In this document: positions 23,133 through 36,094 of the stretch, one piece after another
Layout of the letters: each line of letters starts with the position of its first letter
Position numbering within the stretch: position 1 is the first letter of the stretch
Origin: Paramoeba atlantica
Taxonomy: Eukaryota; Protista; Discosea
NCBI GenBank assembly: GCA_977017575.1
Contig: CDRNVI010000009.1
Span: forward strand, 186,001-250,000
Reading direction: 5' to 3'
Length of the DNA stretch: 64,000 bases
Notes under the pieces: generated by a model
Told to the model about the DNA's origin: nothing
The model's input: the letters and a program-made list of their open reading frames with translations, nothing else
Database searches by the model: none
Translations under genes and position numbers: made by a program

Positions 23133-23945
23133 TCAGACAAAGAATTGGGGCATTGTAGGTTCATGTTGGATAATATTTGGTGGAATTTCGAGAAGCGAGT
23201 GCGGCATCAAGTATTCTTCAAACGAATTTCCCGATAGCAGTACTCGAGGCGGCGAGGCTCCATTCCAATTCTCGCCTATAACAGGGGTTAAGTCGATAAT
23301 CCCACTCAAGAGATTGTTGCTGAGTTCCAATTCATTCAAATTGACCGGTAATCCCATTAAGCTTGGCGTCCCCGAAAACTGATTATTGCTTAGATCAAGA
23401 TTCGTAATCGAGGGAGGGAGATCTGAAAAATGTAATGCACCACTAAATCCATTACGGGATAGGTTCAGTATGCAAAGGAATTCGGGGAGATGACTCAAGT
23501 CCACCTCTCCGTCAAGATGATTTTCTTTTACATTAAAAACCAGCAAATTGGGAGGCAGATCACCGAGAGGGAGCAATCCAGTCAGGAGACCGTGGTGCCC
23601 TGTGACATAGCATTGTAACAATGTCCGGGGTAAGTGCTCCCAACAAAGCGTACCGCGAAATTTACTCGCGATGTGATCTTTATACCACGTGATGCTAATG
23701 ATATTTTGCCGCGGATTACAAGCGACTCCTTTCCATGTACAGAGGGAAACTTCCCGGAGTTGTCCAAAGAAATTGCGTTTGGTAAGAACCCAGGAAGGGT
23801 GGCGTTCCGTGAGATTGCTGATAAGGGCTAACATGAGCTGATCTTGAGGGGTCAATAGTGCGGACACTTTACCTCGGCGCCCCGACGCGGGAAGTTGGGT
23901 ATCGGAAGCGAGTACCACGTTGCAAAGCAGCATGACGTTCATCAT
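23133..23945 (-). CDS. Leucine-rich repeat protein
   Basis: LCTWKGVAC N-cap and LRR units; 270 aa open. Confidence 0.9.
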   Translation of the reverse strand: MMNVMLLCNVVLASDTQLPASGRRGKVSALLTPQDQLMLALISNLTERHPSWVLTKRNFFGQLREVSLCTWKGVACNPRQNIISITWYKDHIASKFRGTLCWEHLPRTLLQCYVTGHHGLLTGLLPLGDLPPNLLVFNVKENHLDGEVDLSHLPEFLCILNLSRNGFSGALHFSDLPPSITNLDLSNNQFSGTPSLMGLPVNLNELELSNNLLSGIIDLTPVIGENWNGASPPRVLLSGNSFEEYLMPHSLLEIPPNIIQHEPTMPQFFV

Positions 23946-24054
23946 GATTCTTCAGGTATAAATAAACAATTTTCATACAAATCGTTTGTATTAGTGTACT
24001 GATGGTACAAACGTTGTGCGTATTTTCTATAAAATATATTTGATAGATGGTACT

Positions 24055-25297
24055 TGAGGGGCTGCGGGTGGGGATTCGGTGCGGTCTCGGCGCGGTCTCG
24101 GTGCGGTGTGGCCACTTATCTCAGTGCAAGAACAGGAATGCGGAGTGTGGAATGGGTGAGGGGTGGGTGCAGGGGCGTAGAAGGCGAAGGCGTGGCTTCA
24201 TGAATCCGAACATTATTGGAGAGGAAACCTCAATGAAATTTATGTAAGACTGCGACAGTAATTCAACATTAACATACAGGGGTGGGCAAGAAAATGTGGG
24301 GGGGGGTCAAAATTTCTATAACATGGAGAATTTTTGAAAGCAGCACCGCATTCGAGAGCTCTCGCAGAGTTACGCGTCATGTGATAGTGCGTTTCCCGCA
24401 TTTTTAAAGTTTAAAAAATTACAAAAAATATTGATTTTTCAAAGTGCGAAATTCTGCAGTTAGGCCACTTTTTCGCTTTTTCTTCTTCTTCCCGTCCTCC
24501 TTTTTATTTGACGGGCCAGAAAAGAGCTTTTTCAAATGACAGAAAACTACAGAAACGTGACATGGGCTGTTACAGTTCTTGTGGACAAATAAAAGTCTCT
24601 CATAGTATCTTCCAAGTAAAGCAAAATGGGGAAATTGATTCTTTTTCCGCCGCCGCACGCCAAGCAGGTTGTCCTGAGAAAATCGGTGGGAATTACATGT
24701 TGCACTACATTCAGACTTTGAATTATTAAAAGGAGAACAACATGGCGAGTTCTTAAGAGTTTTACGGAGCATGCCTAGGCGAATTATGATTGTACTTGAA
24801 AACAAATGAGGATCTTTGCGGATATTATTCCGTTTTTTAAATTTTTTTGAAATTGCAGTCCCTGCGATTTCATCCACTTTACTGCTGAGCTCTGCATTGC
24901 TTATCTCCAAACGTGGCCTGGAGAAAATGTCGGGCCTCTTCGTTAAGACCCGGACCGTCGAAGCCTTGATGACATCGAAGAGTTTGTCTTCGGCACTTGT
25001 CTCAGGCTCAAGAGCAGTCAATCGCTCTTGCAATGCGTCATTGCTCTCCATGGACATAAAAATTTAGGAGAAAAGTTTACGGGAAAAGAGAAACGCACTG
25101 TTGTTAGTAGAAAGGATGAAAATGACCCAGACAAAGAAACAAAGGAAAATATAGCTAGAAGCGTACACCAACTCAGAAATTCCACATAAAAATAAGTAAA
25201 CAAATGTAAACTTTTGACTGTTTTTTCTATTTCTCCCCACCGAAAATAGAAACCGCGGTCTCGGTGCGGTCTCGGTCGAAGTACCCGCAGCCCCTCA
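24055..25297. mobile_element. TIR element with TGAGGGGCTGCGGGT ends
   Basis: 15-bp perfect inverted termini with subterminal cggtctcggtg repeats; the same terminus recurs at about 32705. Confidence 0.65.
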
Positions 25298-25902
25298 CTT
25301 TTACTTTCGCTTCTGCTCCCGCGCTTCAAAGTTACTTGCCTCTGTGTGCCAACGACTTGTCAACAAAGAATAGGAAATCTTTTTATTCATACTAACAAAG
25401 CTTATTATTTTTTATGTCTGTGTAGTCCTTAATCACTCGTCAAGAGTGTTTGGGGAAATGCATGAAAGTTACACCATTCACTATTCCTCGTGCAGGTCGC
25501 TCTAGGTTTTGTGTGTATTGTAAGTGGTGCCCCACTCCTGACGAAAAAAGGGATAGATGTGTGTTTTGCCTCGAGGACAGCGTTCTACAGGGCACTGAGT
25601 CTGCGTTCATTGTGGACAAAATCGAGTTGTTGAAGCATTTCCCCCTCACATTCAACAAAGTTTCGAAACGTTGAATATTGACGTCCCTGCTGCGCAAAAA
25701 ACATCAAGTTCTTTTTATCTTCGATCTGTTGCTGGGTTTAGATTGACTTTCGTCCACATTGCCTACGTGTTAGTTGCATGTCAAAACGGCATAACATGGT
25801 CGGACTTATTACGGGATAGTTTAATCCCACCCCCACATTGTCTCTTAAATCTGTGGCTCAATAGGGTATTTTTGGTTTTCACTAATTTTCAAGAATCTTC
25901 AC

Positions 25903-26172
25903 GTGATTCTTGCATCAAGACTTCACGTGATATTTGCACAGACTCCATTGCTAAAAAAAATTGAATCCTTCAGAGCTCAGGTGCCATCGGAGGATGTTGG
26001 TAATGTTCTTCCGAACAATGTCCGTACTCTCTACTGCGACATGCACAGATTGGAAGAACATGTTTGGGGTGGTATTCGTAGTTCTGTCGATGAATACGAT
26101 GTTTGCGGTATGGCCATCAATGCGGGGATCATTCGATTGCATCATGAGCATGTTCTTTTTGCAATCTCATAG
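25903..26172 (+). mobile_element. Transposase-like fragment homologous to 14458-14829
   Basis: Shared VW...(V/I)D...G(I/M)A(V/I)(D/N)AG...EH(I/V)L motif. Confidence 0.4.
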
Positions 26173-27248
26173 ATAGATGGCTGATGCCACCAATGTACCA
26201 CCGAAAGTTTGAAGCTTTCAGCGGTAAAGATACTGCCGAAATTGTAGTCAGAGAAAAAGGACCTCGGATTCGAAATGATTGGGTCGAAAAACGGTGGTAT
26301 ACCAAATACAGTACCCCCCCGTTTATAATAGCCTCGCTTTTTCCCAAATGAACCTATAAAGGGGGGAGGGCGATGGAAGATTGAAAAATGGCACAGAAAT
26401 CGCCCTACATTTGGGAGCGAGGGACCAGGAATTATTCAGTCGCTAAGTGGGCCCCGGCACTCTGCCAAAGTAAAATGTCCAGCACCACCCCGTGCCATAC
26501 CTCGAAGAACCATGTGAAAATAAATATCAAAATACTTGAGACGGTGCAAGAAAATTTTAAAAAATCTTCCTCGGTTTGCCAAAAAAAGAACCTATAAGGG
26601 GGGGAGGGGTCGAGGCTATTATAAACAGGGGGGTACAGTATCTCCAAAGTCGGACAAAGTACAAGACCTGTAGGGGGGTAAATATCGTTGCCCACCACTG
26701 TATTCGTCCGAATACCATAGTAAATTGCTGTAATGAAATGAATCGAATTGAATCGTTCGATTTTTTTTGAAGTGCTGCACATGAGCACAGGAATCCCTTG
26801 TTTTGTTCACTCATTCGAAGTCGAAAAACCCATTTTTTCGACGTCGAAAGTCATTCGAAGACGTCAAATTACAATTTTCGACGTCGAATGACAGCTACAC
26901 GCATGTCGAATAGTATCAATACTTTATTCCCGGAGATTATTCCGTCCTTTAAAGAAAATTCCAACCTCCAATTGGAAAATTTTGAAACGCTCCAATTCGA
27001 ATCCAATTGGAGTCCCAACTGTCATCATCACCCAAAAAATTGTCATATTTTGAAGAAACAATTGTCAGAAATCCACGTAATTTTTTTACCTCTGCCCGGC
27101 GTTTCGTTTTGAGCTAAACTGAGCTAAACATAGCGGGAAACGCTCTACTTTTTTATTCTGCACATTCTTAAAAAAAGGTGAGCTCTCAACTCCACCTGTA
27201 CGAAAATTAAAGGGGCGACTGCTATCGATTAAGGGGTGTATACATGTA

Positions 27249-29280
27249 TACAGGGGGGGGTCACCAATTTCCGGGGGGGTCTAAAATTTGTGTCGTGTGA
27301 GCTTTTGACCTAATTCCTTCGTCATTCAACAGATCTTGAAATTCTAAGCTGTTTTGCGGTATAAAAAGTCTCATAAAAAACCAAATCACTATATGAGAAA
27401 TTTTTAAGGAAAAAGTAGGATTAAAATTCTGCAAATTATTCGAAATAAACCCCCGCTCACGAATAAGTGACCCCCCTCATTTTTAGTACAGGGGGGCGTC
27501 GGTGGGTTATCATACCACTTTTTCGTTCAAAATTTCGAGATCTGTACGTTTCCGCTGTTTTTAGCTCATTTTAAAATTTTAAAATTTAGTCAAAAAACAT
27601 AATTGGTTTTTCAACTTTTTTTTCCAAAAATGACCAAATCACCATATCGGCTCCCAAAAGGGGGGCTTACGGATAGTGGTAAGGTTCTTTTGAAGATGAA
27701 ACAGGCAGAAGGTGTTCCGATAAAACAATTATCCCGTCTCTAGAAGGATAATCAAAAAATATCTGAACGAAAAAAAATCTAGCGGGGAATACACTTTGAG
27801 TCCTGTGACCATCTATTACAAGTGAGACATCCACAATGACACATCTATTACAAGAGAGACGTACATAGAAACATTAAAACAGGTAGATTTCCCCCCTAAT
27901 AGTGTATTTCAACAGGATGGGGCACCGGCACATACTGCCCGTGCCTCCAAAGAGTATATTGAGAATCGAATGAGTGATGTTCTAAGAAACTGGCCCCCCA
28001 ACTCGCCCGACCTTTCCCCCATAGAAAACGTCTGATCTATGGTCCAAGAGGCGGTAGACGAACAAACGCCATCGGATAAACCTTCACTTATCCGATGTGT
28101 ACGTGAAGCATGGTCTTCTTTAACTCAAAAAGTGATCGACAAAACAGTATTAAGTTTTGATTCTCGACTTAAGGAGTGTATAAGATTGAAGGGCGAAAAA
28201 GTGACAAAATGGTAATTCTTCTCTAAATTGTGCGTATTCGTTTCTTTTTGTCTCATTTCTTCACGCGCAAAGTCCTTGTGTTGAGATCTGCAAAATGCAA
28301 CAAAAATCAGCTCAAACGGACATTTGTACGAAAAAAAAGAGGGGGGTCACTTTTCGTGAGCGGGGGCTTATTACGAAAATTCATAATTTATGCTATATAT
28401 TTGTTGATATTAGGAGAGATTCAGTCTACAAGTGTAACAAACTATTTATTTATGCCTAAATCCCTTCGCCGACAGAGGCGCACACTTTCTACTCGACATT
28501 CTTCGTACCAGAAACGCATTATTTGCGTACATGAGGTAAAACAGGGGCGTTCCGTTACGGAAACTGCCTCCATGATGAAATGTTGCGAGGACACAGTGCA
28601 TCGATGCGTCAAACAGCACCAAGAAAGTGGGGACGTATTGAGCAAAAGATACACTCGTGCCAATGCTACAGATAACGAGGAATTCAGAAAGATGATTTCT
28701 CTTATCGTGGATGGGGAAAATGAGAGGAGCCCAACTGGTTGTCCATCCTGGCGATGGGTTCATCGACAGGTGGATCAAACACGGTTTCCATGCCCACTCT
28801 CATCCGTCAAAAGACCTTTAAAGAGGTGTGGGTATGTAAGTAAAAAAATGGTAAAAACACCCTACCTTACAACACAACACAAAGTAGCCCGCCTGGAATT
28901 GGCTGACCGTTTGGAAACCTTCACCCCTTATCAATACGCCCACATCTTATGGACAGAGGTAAAAAAAATTAAATGTGGTTTTTTTTCACGCAATATCTGG
29001 TACATTTCAAAAAAATCTAATTTGCCCCTGGAAGTACCAAAAGACGTAGAAAAATACTTTGGGGGAAAAGGGGTCCATATTTGGATGGCGGTAAGTCTTG
29101 AATGGGGGGTACCCAGAATCCATTGTTTTCATGAGTTTGCAGAAAATGAAACGGCTACGAACGCAACCTTCCTTTCTGCGATGACAAAACGAAATAGATT
29201 CTTTAACTGGGTTAAAAGAAAGAAAAATGGACAGTTTTTACAAATTTTAGACCCCCCAGGTTCAAGTGCCACCCCCTGTA
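27249..29280 (+). mobile_element. Tc1-like element (TACAGGGG ends) with N-terminal transposase half, interrupted by a second Tc1
   Basis: Inverted termini at 27249 and 29280; 28455-29250 encodes an HTH, KTPYLTTQHKVARLELA...HILWTEVKK...VHIWMAVS. Confidence 0.7.
27443..28373 (+). mobile_element. Non-autonomous Tc1/IS630-like element (DD35E C-terminal half)
   Basis: TIRs aataaacccccgctcacgaa; FQQDGAPAH...WPPNSPDLSPIENV* with 35 residues between D and E. Confidence 0.85.
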
Positions 29281-29313
29281 CATAATTTTTATATAATTTG
29301 TATAATTATTGTA

Positions 29314-30619
29314 TACTGTGACCCCCCCTTTAATATGGACACTTTTTCAGCTTTTGTCCATAATAAGGGGGGGGGGGTGATGAAAAGGGTGTGGAAAAAA
29401 ATTGGCGCCGCTTCGCGGTAATACATGGCCACGAATTACAAATGCATGGCCACGAGGGCGGGCTAGGATCCTACCAGGGCTAGGAACACCAGGGCTAGGA
29501 ACACCAGGGGCAGACGACCTCGCGCCTACCCAGCCGTTGCCCTGCCAAGCTTTAAAGCAGTTCTCTACAGTCGTTAGAAAAAAATTGATGATTGCGACAG
29601 GCGAACGACCAGTGGTAAGAGTGCGTGCGGTTTTTCGTCGGAAAGACGAGCCCAACGAGCCCACGCAGATGGTGGAGCGAAAGATTCGGAAAGAAGGGCT
29701 GGAGCTGTGGGGTGTGTGGTCGGACGAGCCGGATAAGGAGTACCCCTTCCAGTTTAACGAGTTAAACTAAAAGGAACCGAACTACAACAAACAAAAAGAG
29801 TACAATTTGCTTTAAATTATGATCAGGAAACTGAGCGTGTCATATTTTCAGACGAAAAAATATTGGATACTAACAACCCAGGGTAAAGTGGACGAGGGAG
29901 ATACCAATAGTGTAGGTGCGGCAGTTTCCACAGGAAAAACGGTATCTCCACCTTTTTCCTCTCCAACCATGTATCCGTGAATCCCGGTGTAAATCAAGTT
30001 CACTTTCCCTTGCGCTTTGCTGTTTCTTGTGACCTTTCCGGTGGAGACATTTAGGTCTGTCTTTCGGTCGAATGCCCAACCAACAGTGGATATTGCCCCA
30101 GCCTTACATCGAGAACTATTCCATATTTCGTGACTTGGGATCGGAAAATCTGTTGTAGGGTTGATAGTTTTTATTAGCTCTATTGTGTCGCAGCTCAAGA
30201 CTGTGTCGTTGCTTTCGCATCTGTTTGGTGAAGTTGATGCCTGTGGGTTGAATGTTTCAGGTATGGAATCGTCTGCATGACACAAAATATGTTCCTGTTC
30301 GAAACATGCTCATTGTTCTTTGTTTTAGCCCGTTCCTGGGCGCGCAAATTTCTCTTGATGAGATCTTCAAAATGCAACAAAGTGGGAGGGTCACTTTTCG
30401 TGAGCCGGGGTTTATTAAACTTAGTTCGTTCCCTTTTCTTCTTTGTGTGATGTGAAAGCTGACGAAATTCCCTAGCTACGGATACCCTAAAAAACTGAAA
30501 AAAGGACGAAAAAAAAGTGGCAGAAAAACTATGGCGCCGCTCCGCGGCGCCCGGTAGGATTTGTCCATAATAAAGGGGAGGATACCCCCTGTCCATATTA
30601 AAGGGGGGAGGTCACAGTA
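29314..30619. mobile_element. TIR element, TACTGTGACC family
   Basis: tactgtgaccccccctttaatatggaca / tgtccatattaaaggggggaggtcacagta. Confidence 0.75.
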
Positions 30620-30999
30620 TATTGGGGGAGATACTACTCCCTCGCTACCATAATATCAATAAATTTGGCCCGAAATTTGGCCCGGCAAAAAAAATTCCGG
30701 AAAACGTTTTTTCACAAAGAAACAAAGGCAGCACCATAAATAGATAATTTTAGGGAAAAAACGCCCCTTTTGGACCACTCGAGACCCCCTTCTTCGGAAG
30801 TGATTTGCAAACCCGGTGAAACTGAACCAATATTCGCACTTTTCTCATTTCTGGTAAAAAAAGTTTATTTGAACTTTTTTCTGCCCCTTTTTTATGATGA
30901 ATTGTGTTTGTGTACATTAAATTTATATAAACGGTGTGTTTTTTGAATTCGTTTGTACTTCTTTATCTTCTCACCTTTTAATGACGCGCACTGGATGCG

Positions 31000-31489
31000 T
31001 TAAGGTTCTCGTGTCGTTCAAGAAGTATCATTGGAAAAAAGTCCTCCAGGAGTGAGAATCAATGTCTTAAAAGGATGCGAAAGCACTCTCCAGTGGCGCA
31101 GAAAGTGATATGTTACAAGAACCATTGAGATAATAGAAGAACCACAAATTATCTGCATGGACTCTGGTCCGAATAGAACGTTCAAGAATCCTCTTCTCCA
31201 AACATCGAGAATCTTGCTTCAGGAAGTCGCATAAAAATTCTATCTGACACCCGTCACGATTTATCTCTACGCGAAAGTGTTAGCCACCAAAGACAGTGGA
31301 TTACAACTGAAGGCGTGCACACGAGCACTATGGAGTGCGCTAACTCCATGGCCAAAAAGCGTCTGAAGCGGGACAGTATTGTTCCAGGTCGGAAGCTGAA
31401 AAAGAAGGGTACCGAATACAAGCATAAGCAGAGGTACGCACCGGAAGTTTTAAGTGTAATGGGGGTGATGCATTGTTTCAAGTTTTAGT
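31000..31489 (+). mobile_element. Second Merlin/ISXO2-like transposase remnant (not in ORF track)
   Basis: Manual translation: GSRIKILSD...SVSHQRQWITTEGVHTSTMECANSMAK. Confidence 0.65.
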
Positions 31490-31659
31490 AAATTTGAAGC
31501 AAGGCCGTGCATGAGTTCATTTGTAATAAGTAAGCATGTACAAGTTGAGAAAAGTTTAAAGTACGGGAAAAAAAGGATTTTTTTTGAAAATTTGTGAAAT
31601 TGCGAATATTGGTTCAGTTTAACCGCAAACCCCAATTTATAAAGCAATTTAATAGAATA

Positions 31660-32583
31660 TAATAAACCCCCGCTCACGAAAAGTGACCCCCCTCTTTTTT
31701 TTCGTACAAATGTCCGTTTGAGCTGATTTTTGTTGCATTTTGCAGATCTCAACACAAGGACTTTGCGCGTGAAGAAATGAGACAAAAAGAAACGAATACG
31801 CACAATTTAGAGAAGAATTACCATTTTGTCACTTTTTCGCCCTTCAATCTTATACACTCCTTAAGTCGAGAATCAAAACTTAATACTGTTTTGTCGATCA
31901 CTTTTTGAGTTAAAGAAGACCATGCTTCACGTACACATCGGATAAGTGAAGGTTTATCCGATGGCGTTTGTTCGTCTACCGCCTCTTGGACCATAGATCA
32001 GACGTTTTCTATGGGGGAAAGGTCGGGCGAGTTGGGGGGCCAGTTTCTTAGAACATCACTCATTCGATTCTCAATATACTCTTTGGAGGCACGGGCAGTA
32101 TGTGCCGGTGCCCCATCCTGTTGAAATACACTATTAGGGGGGAAATCTACCTGTTTTAATGTTTCTATGTACGTCTCTCTTGTAATAGATGTGTCATTGT
32201 GGATGTCTCACTTGTAATAGATGGTCACAGGACTCAAAGTGTATTCCCCGCTAGATTTTTTTTCGTTCAGATATTTTTTGATTATCCTTCTAGAGACGGG
32301 ATAATTGTTTTATCGGAACACCTTCTGCCTGTTTCATCTTCAAAAGAACCTTACCACTATCCGTAAGCCCCCCTTTTGGGAGCCGATATGGTGATTTGGT
32401 CATTTTTGGAAAAAAAAGTTGAAAAACCAATTATGTTTTTTGACTAAATTTGAATATGAGCTAAAAACAGCGGGAACGTACAGATCTCGAAATTTTGAAC
32501 GAAAAAGTGATATGATAACCCACCGACGCCCCCCTGTGCTAAAAATGAGGGGTGGTCACTTATTCATGAGCGGGGGTTTATAT
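31660..32583 (-). mobile_element. Inverted near-identical copy of the 27443-28373 Tc1 element
   Basis: Reverse-complement identity across nearly the whole element, including the TGA at the IENVW tryptophan. Confidence 0.9.
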
Positions 32584-32704
32584 TCTATAATAGATAATAT
32601 TCTATAGATCTATTCTATAATAGATAATATAAAGCAATTTAATATGCATATCAAATACCGAAAGAAGTAACAAAACTTAGTGATGTGGTCTCCTCTTTTA
32701 ATAT

Positions 32705-32822
32705 GAGGGGCTGCGGGTGAAACCTCGCGAAACCTCGGTGAAACCTCGTGAAACCTCAGTGAAACCTCGTGAAACTTCGGTGAAACCTTGTTGAAACCTC
32801 GGTGAAACCTCGTGAAACTCAG
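32705..32822 (+). repeat. TIR end followed by gtgaaacctc minisatellite
   Basis: gaggggctgcgggt, then about 9 gaaacctc-like units. Confidence 0.8.
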
Positions 32823-33780
32823 CTAAAATCCCTCAAAGCCATGCCCAAGTGTTTGTCGTCCAACAACTCAGCAAATAAAATAAAATGGAAATACAGCAAT
32901 AATCTTTCAAATCTTCAAAACGTATTTCAAAAATCGGTTCTTTCTATCATGTGGTTTTGAATGCCTAAGCGCTGTAAATGGAGTTTATACTCCACTGTTG
33001 TGTATGGGTATTGCATGGCGATTGGCTTCTGGAAGGGTGGTGCGTTCGAGATTCTGATGACAAACTCTCTAGGCTTTATCCAAAATGCAAGGTGGTTTTA
33101 AAGCTATAAAGAAGTCAGCAGAGTGCTCTCACTCTCTGCTCATCGAACACGTGAAGCTAAATGCACAGCGAGTGGAAGGAAGTAATAGGGACAGTGGAGC
33201 ATAATGAAGCATATTTGCTCCCTTGCTTTAAAAAATAAACTGTATCAACATGCAGAGAAGATGAAACACGCTCGCGAAGAAGGAGAGGAAGCGGATCTCC
33301 AACTCAGTGAGGCAAGTGCATCACACCACACGTACCCTTCCGGAAGCATCTGAAGCGCACTTTTGCCTTTTATTCTACATCACTGCAGTCACTGCCTCAC
33401 GTGGCACTGCTCTCACTCTCTTCAAGGCTTCTCGTTCGTTACGGCGTTGAAAACATTCGCAATTACTGCTTGTCCTTCTCAAAGGAAAGTGATATTCTCT
33501 TCGTTGCATTTTCATTCCGTTCTCTTATACAAATTTTGGGTGGGTGTCGGCGATCACCCATTCGTTCGTTCATAGCAAGTGAGAAAATAGTGAGATAAAT
33601 ATAGAGTGACTTTTTTTTTCATTTGATTCATGCTTTTATACGTTCACCGTATGCTTATTCTATATTACTTTTAAATTAAAAAAAATATTTATATATTTGA
33701 CCAATTTTTTTTCGGACAATTCTTTTCCGAACGGCACTATAAGTGGGGGGGGCACAGTAGTTTTGCGAAAAAAAGTACTT

Positions 33781-33944
33781 ATCGAAACGACCTCTGTACA
33801 TGGTACTTTGGATGAATACTCATCAAGACGACCTCTGCACGTGGTACTTTGGATGAATGCTCATTGAAACGACCTCTGCACATGGTAGTTCGGATGAGTA
33901 CTCATCGAAACGAATTCTTCACATAGTAGTTTGGAAGAGTATTC
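33781..33944 (+). repeat. 41-bp tandem repeat, 4 copies
   Basis: atcgaaacgacctctgtacatggtactttggatgaatactc and variants. Confidence 0.9.
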
Positions 33945-35181
33945 GTCGGAACTACCACAATACCAATGCCCCGTGATGTTCCATCAGCTGTGGAACCATT
34001 TCTTTTGTAATGGCCTTGTGATTTTCTACATGTTCAAAAAGCTTCGCGTCAACTTTTTGACCGCAGAGTTACCTCTCACTGTAACTTCGCGGCGCCTCGT
34101 GCCCAAGGCTCTGTCAAAAAGGACAATTAAATAAGGGGGGTAGAGGGGTGACAATTGAGTAAGGGGGTACAGTACCGCATACCTATGTGTTACGCGTAAC
34201 CACGTAACTGTGTTACGTAACCACGTAACCACTTTTGGGCGACATTTATTATATAAAATCTAGTTCTTGTTATTGCACCTTTTTCAGCAAAGACCAGGAA
34301 ACAGTCCGCATTATGAGCACGATACAACGAAAGTGGGTGATAGATAAACGCGAATGTTTCATAACTTATTGTAATTAAATGTAATCGATGGATACGTACA
34401 TGTCATTTGAAATAATCTCTACCTGAGTCTACTTACTTCTAGCTTCCATTCTTTACTTTTCCTCCACAGATGACATCTCATTGCACTAGGAAGCGCCATC
34501 GTAGCTCGTGTTCGAATAGCAACATGCAAGAACAGGGTGACACTCAGCAAGAATCTGAATCTCCGGTTGCAAATTCTCCTGAAGTAACAAACACGTCGTC
34601 ATGGCACGAAAATACTTCTTTGCCTCCGGAAACGCTTGCAACGGCACAAGATCCAATCCGATACAAATCCAAATAAATCGATTAATTTTTTTTTTTGCAA
34701 TTAATAAGGGGGGAGAAGTATGAGTCGCGGCATTGCCTCTATATTTTAACCCAGTAGACGAACCAAGTAGGTTTATTGGGGGATATACGAGTTGAAAACA
34801 AGCAATCAAATTAGCAATTTTACTTTGTTTTTATGTAAATAAAGAAAATTTTTCTCTCTCTTTCTCCTCTTTCTTTCTCACTTTCTCACCTCTTGACATA
34901 CTTTACCCACCTTTCTCCCCACCTTTTTTTTTATGAATCGCGACATTGCCTCTATATTTTGACCCAGTAGACGAACCAAGTAGGTCCATTGGGGGGGTAT
35001 ACGAGTTGAAAACAAGCAATCAAATTAGCAATTCTTTTTCTTTCCACAGATGTACCTTTTTTTTCTCAGCCCAAAACTAGCAATTTAATCTCCCCTAAGT
35101 ATATACTACAAACAAGAAACAGTAAAAATTAAAACAAGCAATCCATGCCCAATCCATTCGCGCGTTCCGGACCGGGTCTTT

Positions 35182-35386
35182 CGACCTCTCCACGGCCTGA
35201 CTTGTGAACCCTTCCCTTGTTATATGGGAGGGCGCAGGCGCGGGCCTGTGTCGACAGCGACACGGTCACGAAACAGGATGCTGGCCGACGGGGAGGAGAT
35301 TCACTACCCGTGTACTACCTCACTTGGGGTACCTAGCCCTGACGGACTAGGCGTGAGCATAGACTCTGTCGACTCGACCAGCATCC
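35182..35386 (-). ncRNA. ~205-nt structured cassette, copy 2 (candidate)
   Basis: About 13 substitutions and one 2-nt indel versus 16762-16964 (counted by eye). Confidence 0.55.
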
Positions 35387-35429
35387 GGGCCAGCGGTATG
35401 TGGCCCTGCGCATGGCAGGGCCACAACTC

Positions 35430-36094
35430 TTTTTTTTTCCTCTCCCCCGAGCCCATTAGCGCACGCCCCTACGGTACCAGTTTTGTACCGCGGCGTGCGC
35501 TATCTGGGCGTTCCCCTTTTGGATGGCTACCCCGATTGCCATGATAAAGTGGCTGAGGCAGCCATTCTTCTCGCCGGTGGCCTTCCGAGCGACCTGATTT
35601 AGAAACTGGAGGGTCCCGGGGCCGGGGACACCGTACGTGGTGAAGGCCAAAGGGAAGAAATCCATTTCCCTGGCCCCCGCCATTTCCTCGTGAGTGCGCC
35701 TTTTGAGACGCTCTGCCTGCCTCACGGTGAAGGAGGGCTCATCTGCCTCCTTATCCACGTAGGACGGGGCCAGTGGGTTTACCACCGTCACGTCCACTAG
35801 GACTAGTTTCCGCCCCAAAAGGAAACAAATGTCCGGTCCCCGACCGTTATCGAATCTAGGTTCGACCAGGTCTAGGGAGAATCCGTACTGGATTAATAGG
35901 TTGCGGAAAGTTTCCTTGACCCCCTTGTGGCGAGAGGCTTGTGTCTTTCCCCGAACCTTCTTACAATCCATGGCGTGGACGCAGAACTCCTCATTTTTGA
36001 GGGCCGCGCCACACGCACATTGGATTTCTGGTTCGGAGGTGGGGGCCACCATGTACCGGAGTCTGGCGGCGGTCTCCCATTCGGGATCCCGCAT
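35430..36094 (-). mobile_element. CRE-clade retrotransposon 3' end C (zinc knuckle + REL endonuclease, poly(A))
   Basis: CACG...HAMDC...SRHKGV...GRGPDI...VDVTVV...AERLKR...PLAFTTYG; A10 tail at about 35430. Confidence 0.85.

Noticed and set aside
28033-28035. Stop-codon reassignment (TGA at a conserved Trp in both Tc1 copies; TAG in the YR and at 42845)
   Set aside because: All lie in decayed sequences, the two Tc1 copies are duplicates, and intact host genes have no in-frame stops.
33781-33944. Hammerhead-like GGATGAG...CGAAAC in the 41-bp repeat
   Set aside because: The core has G instead of U in CUGA, the segment is simply the palindrome GATGAGTACTCATC, and no stem I can form.
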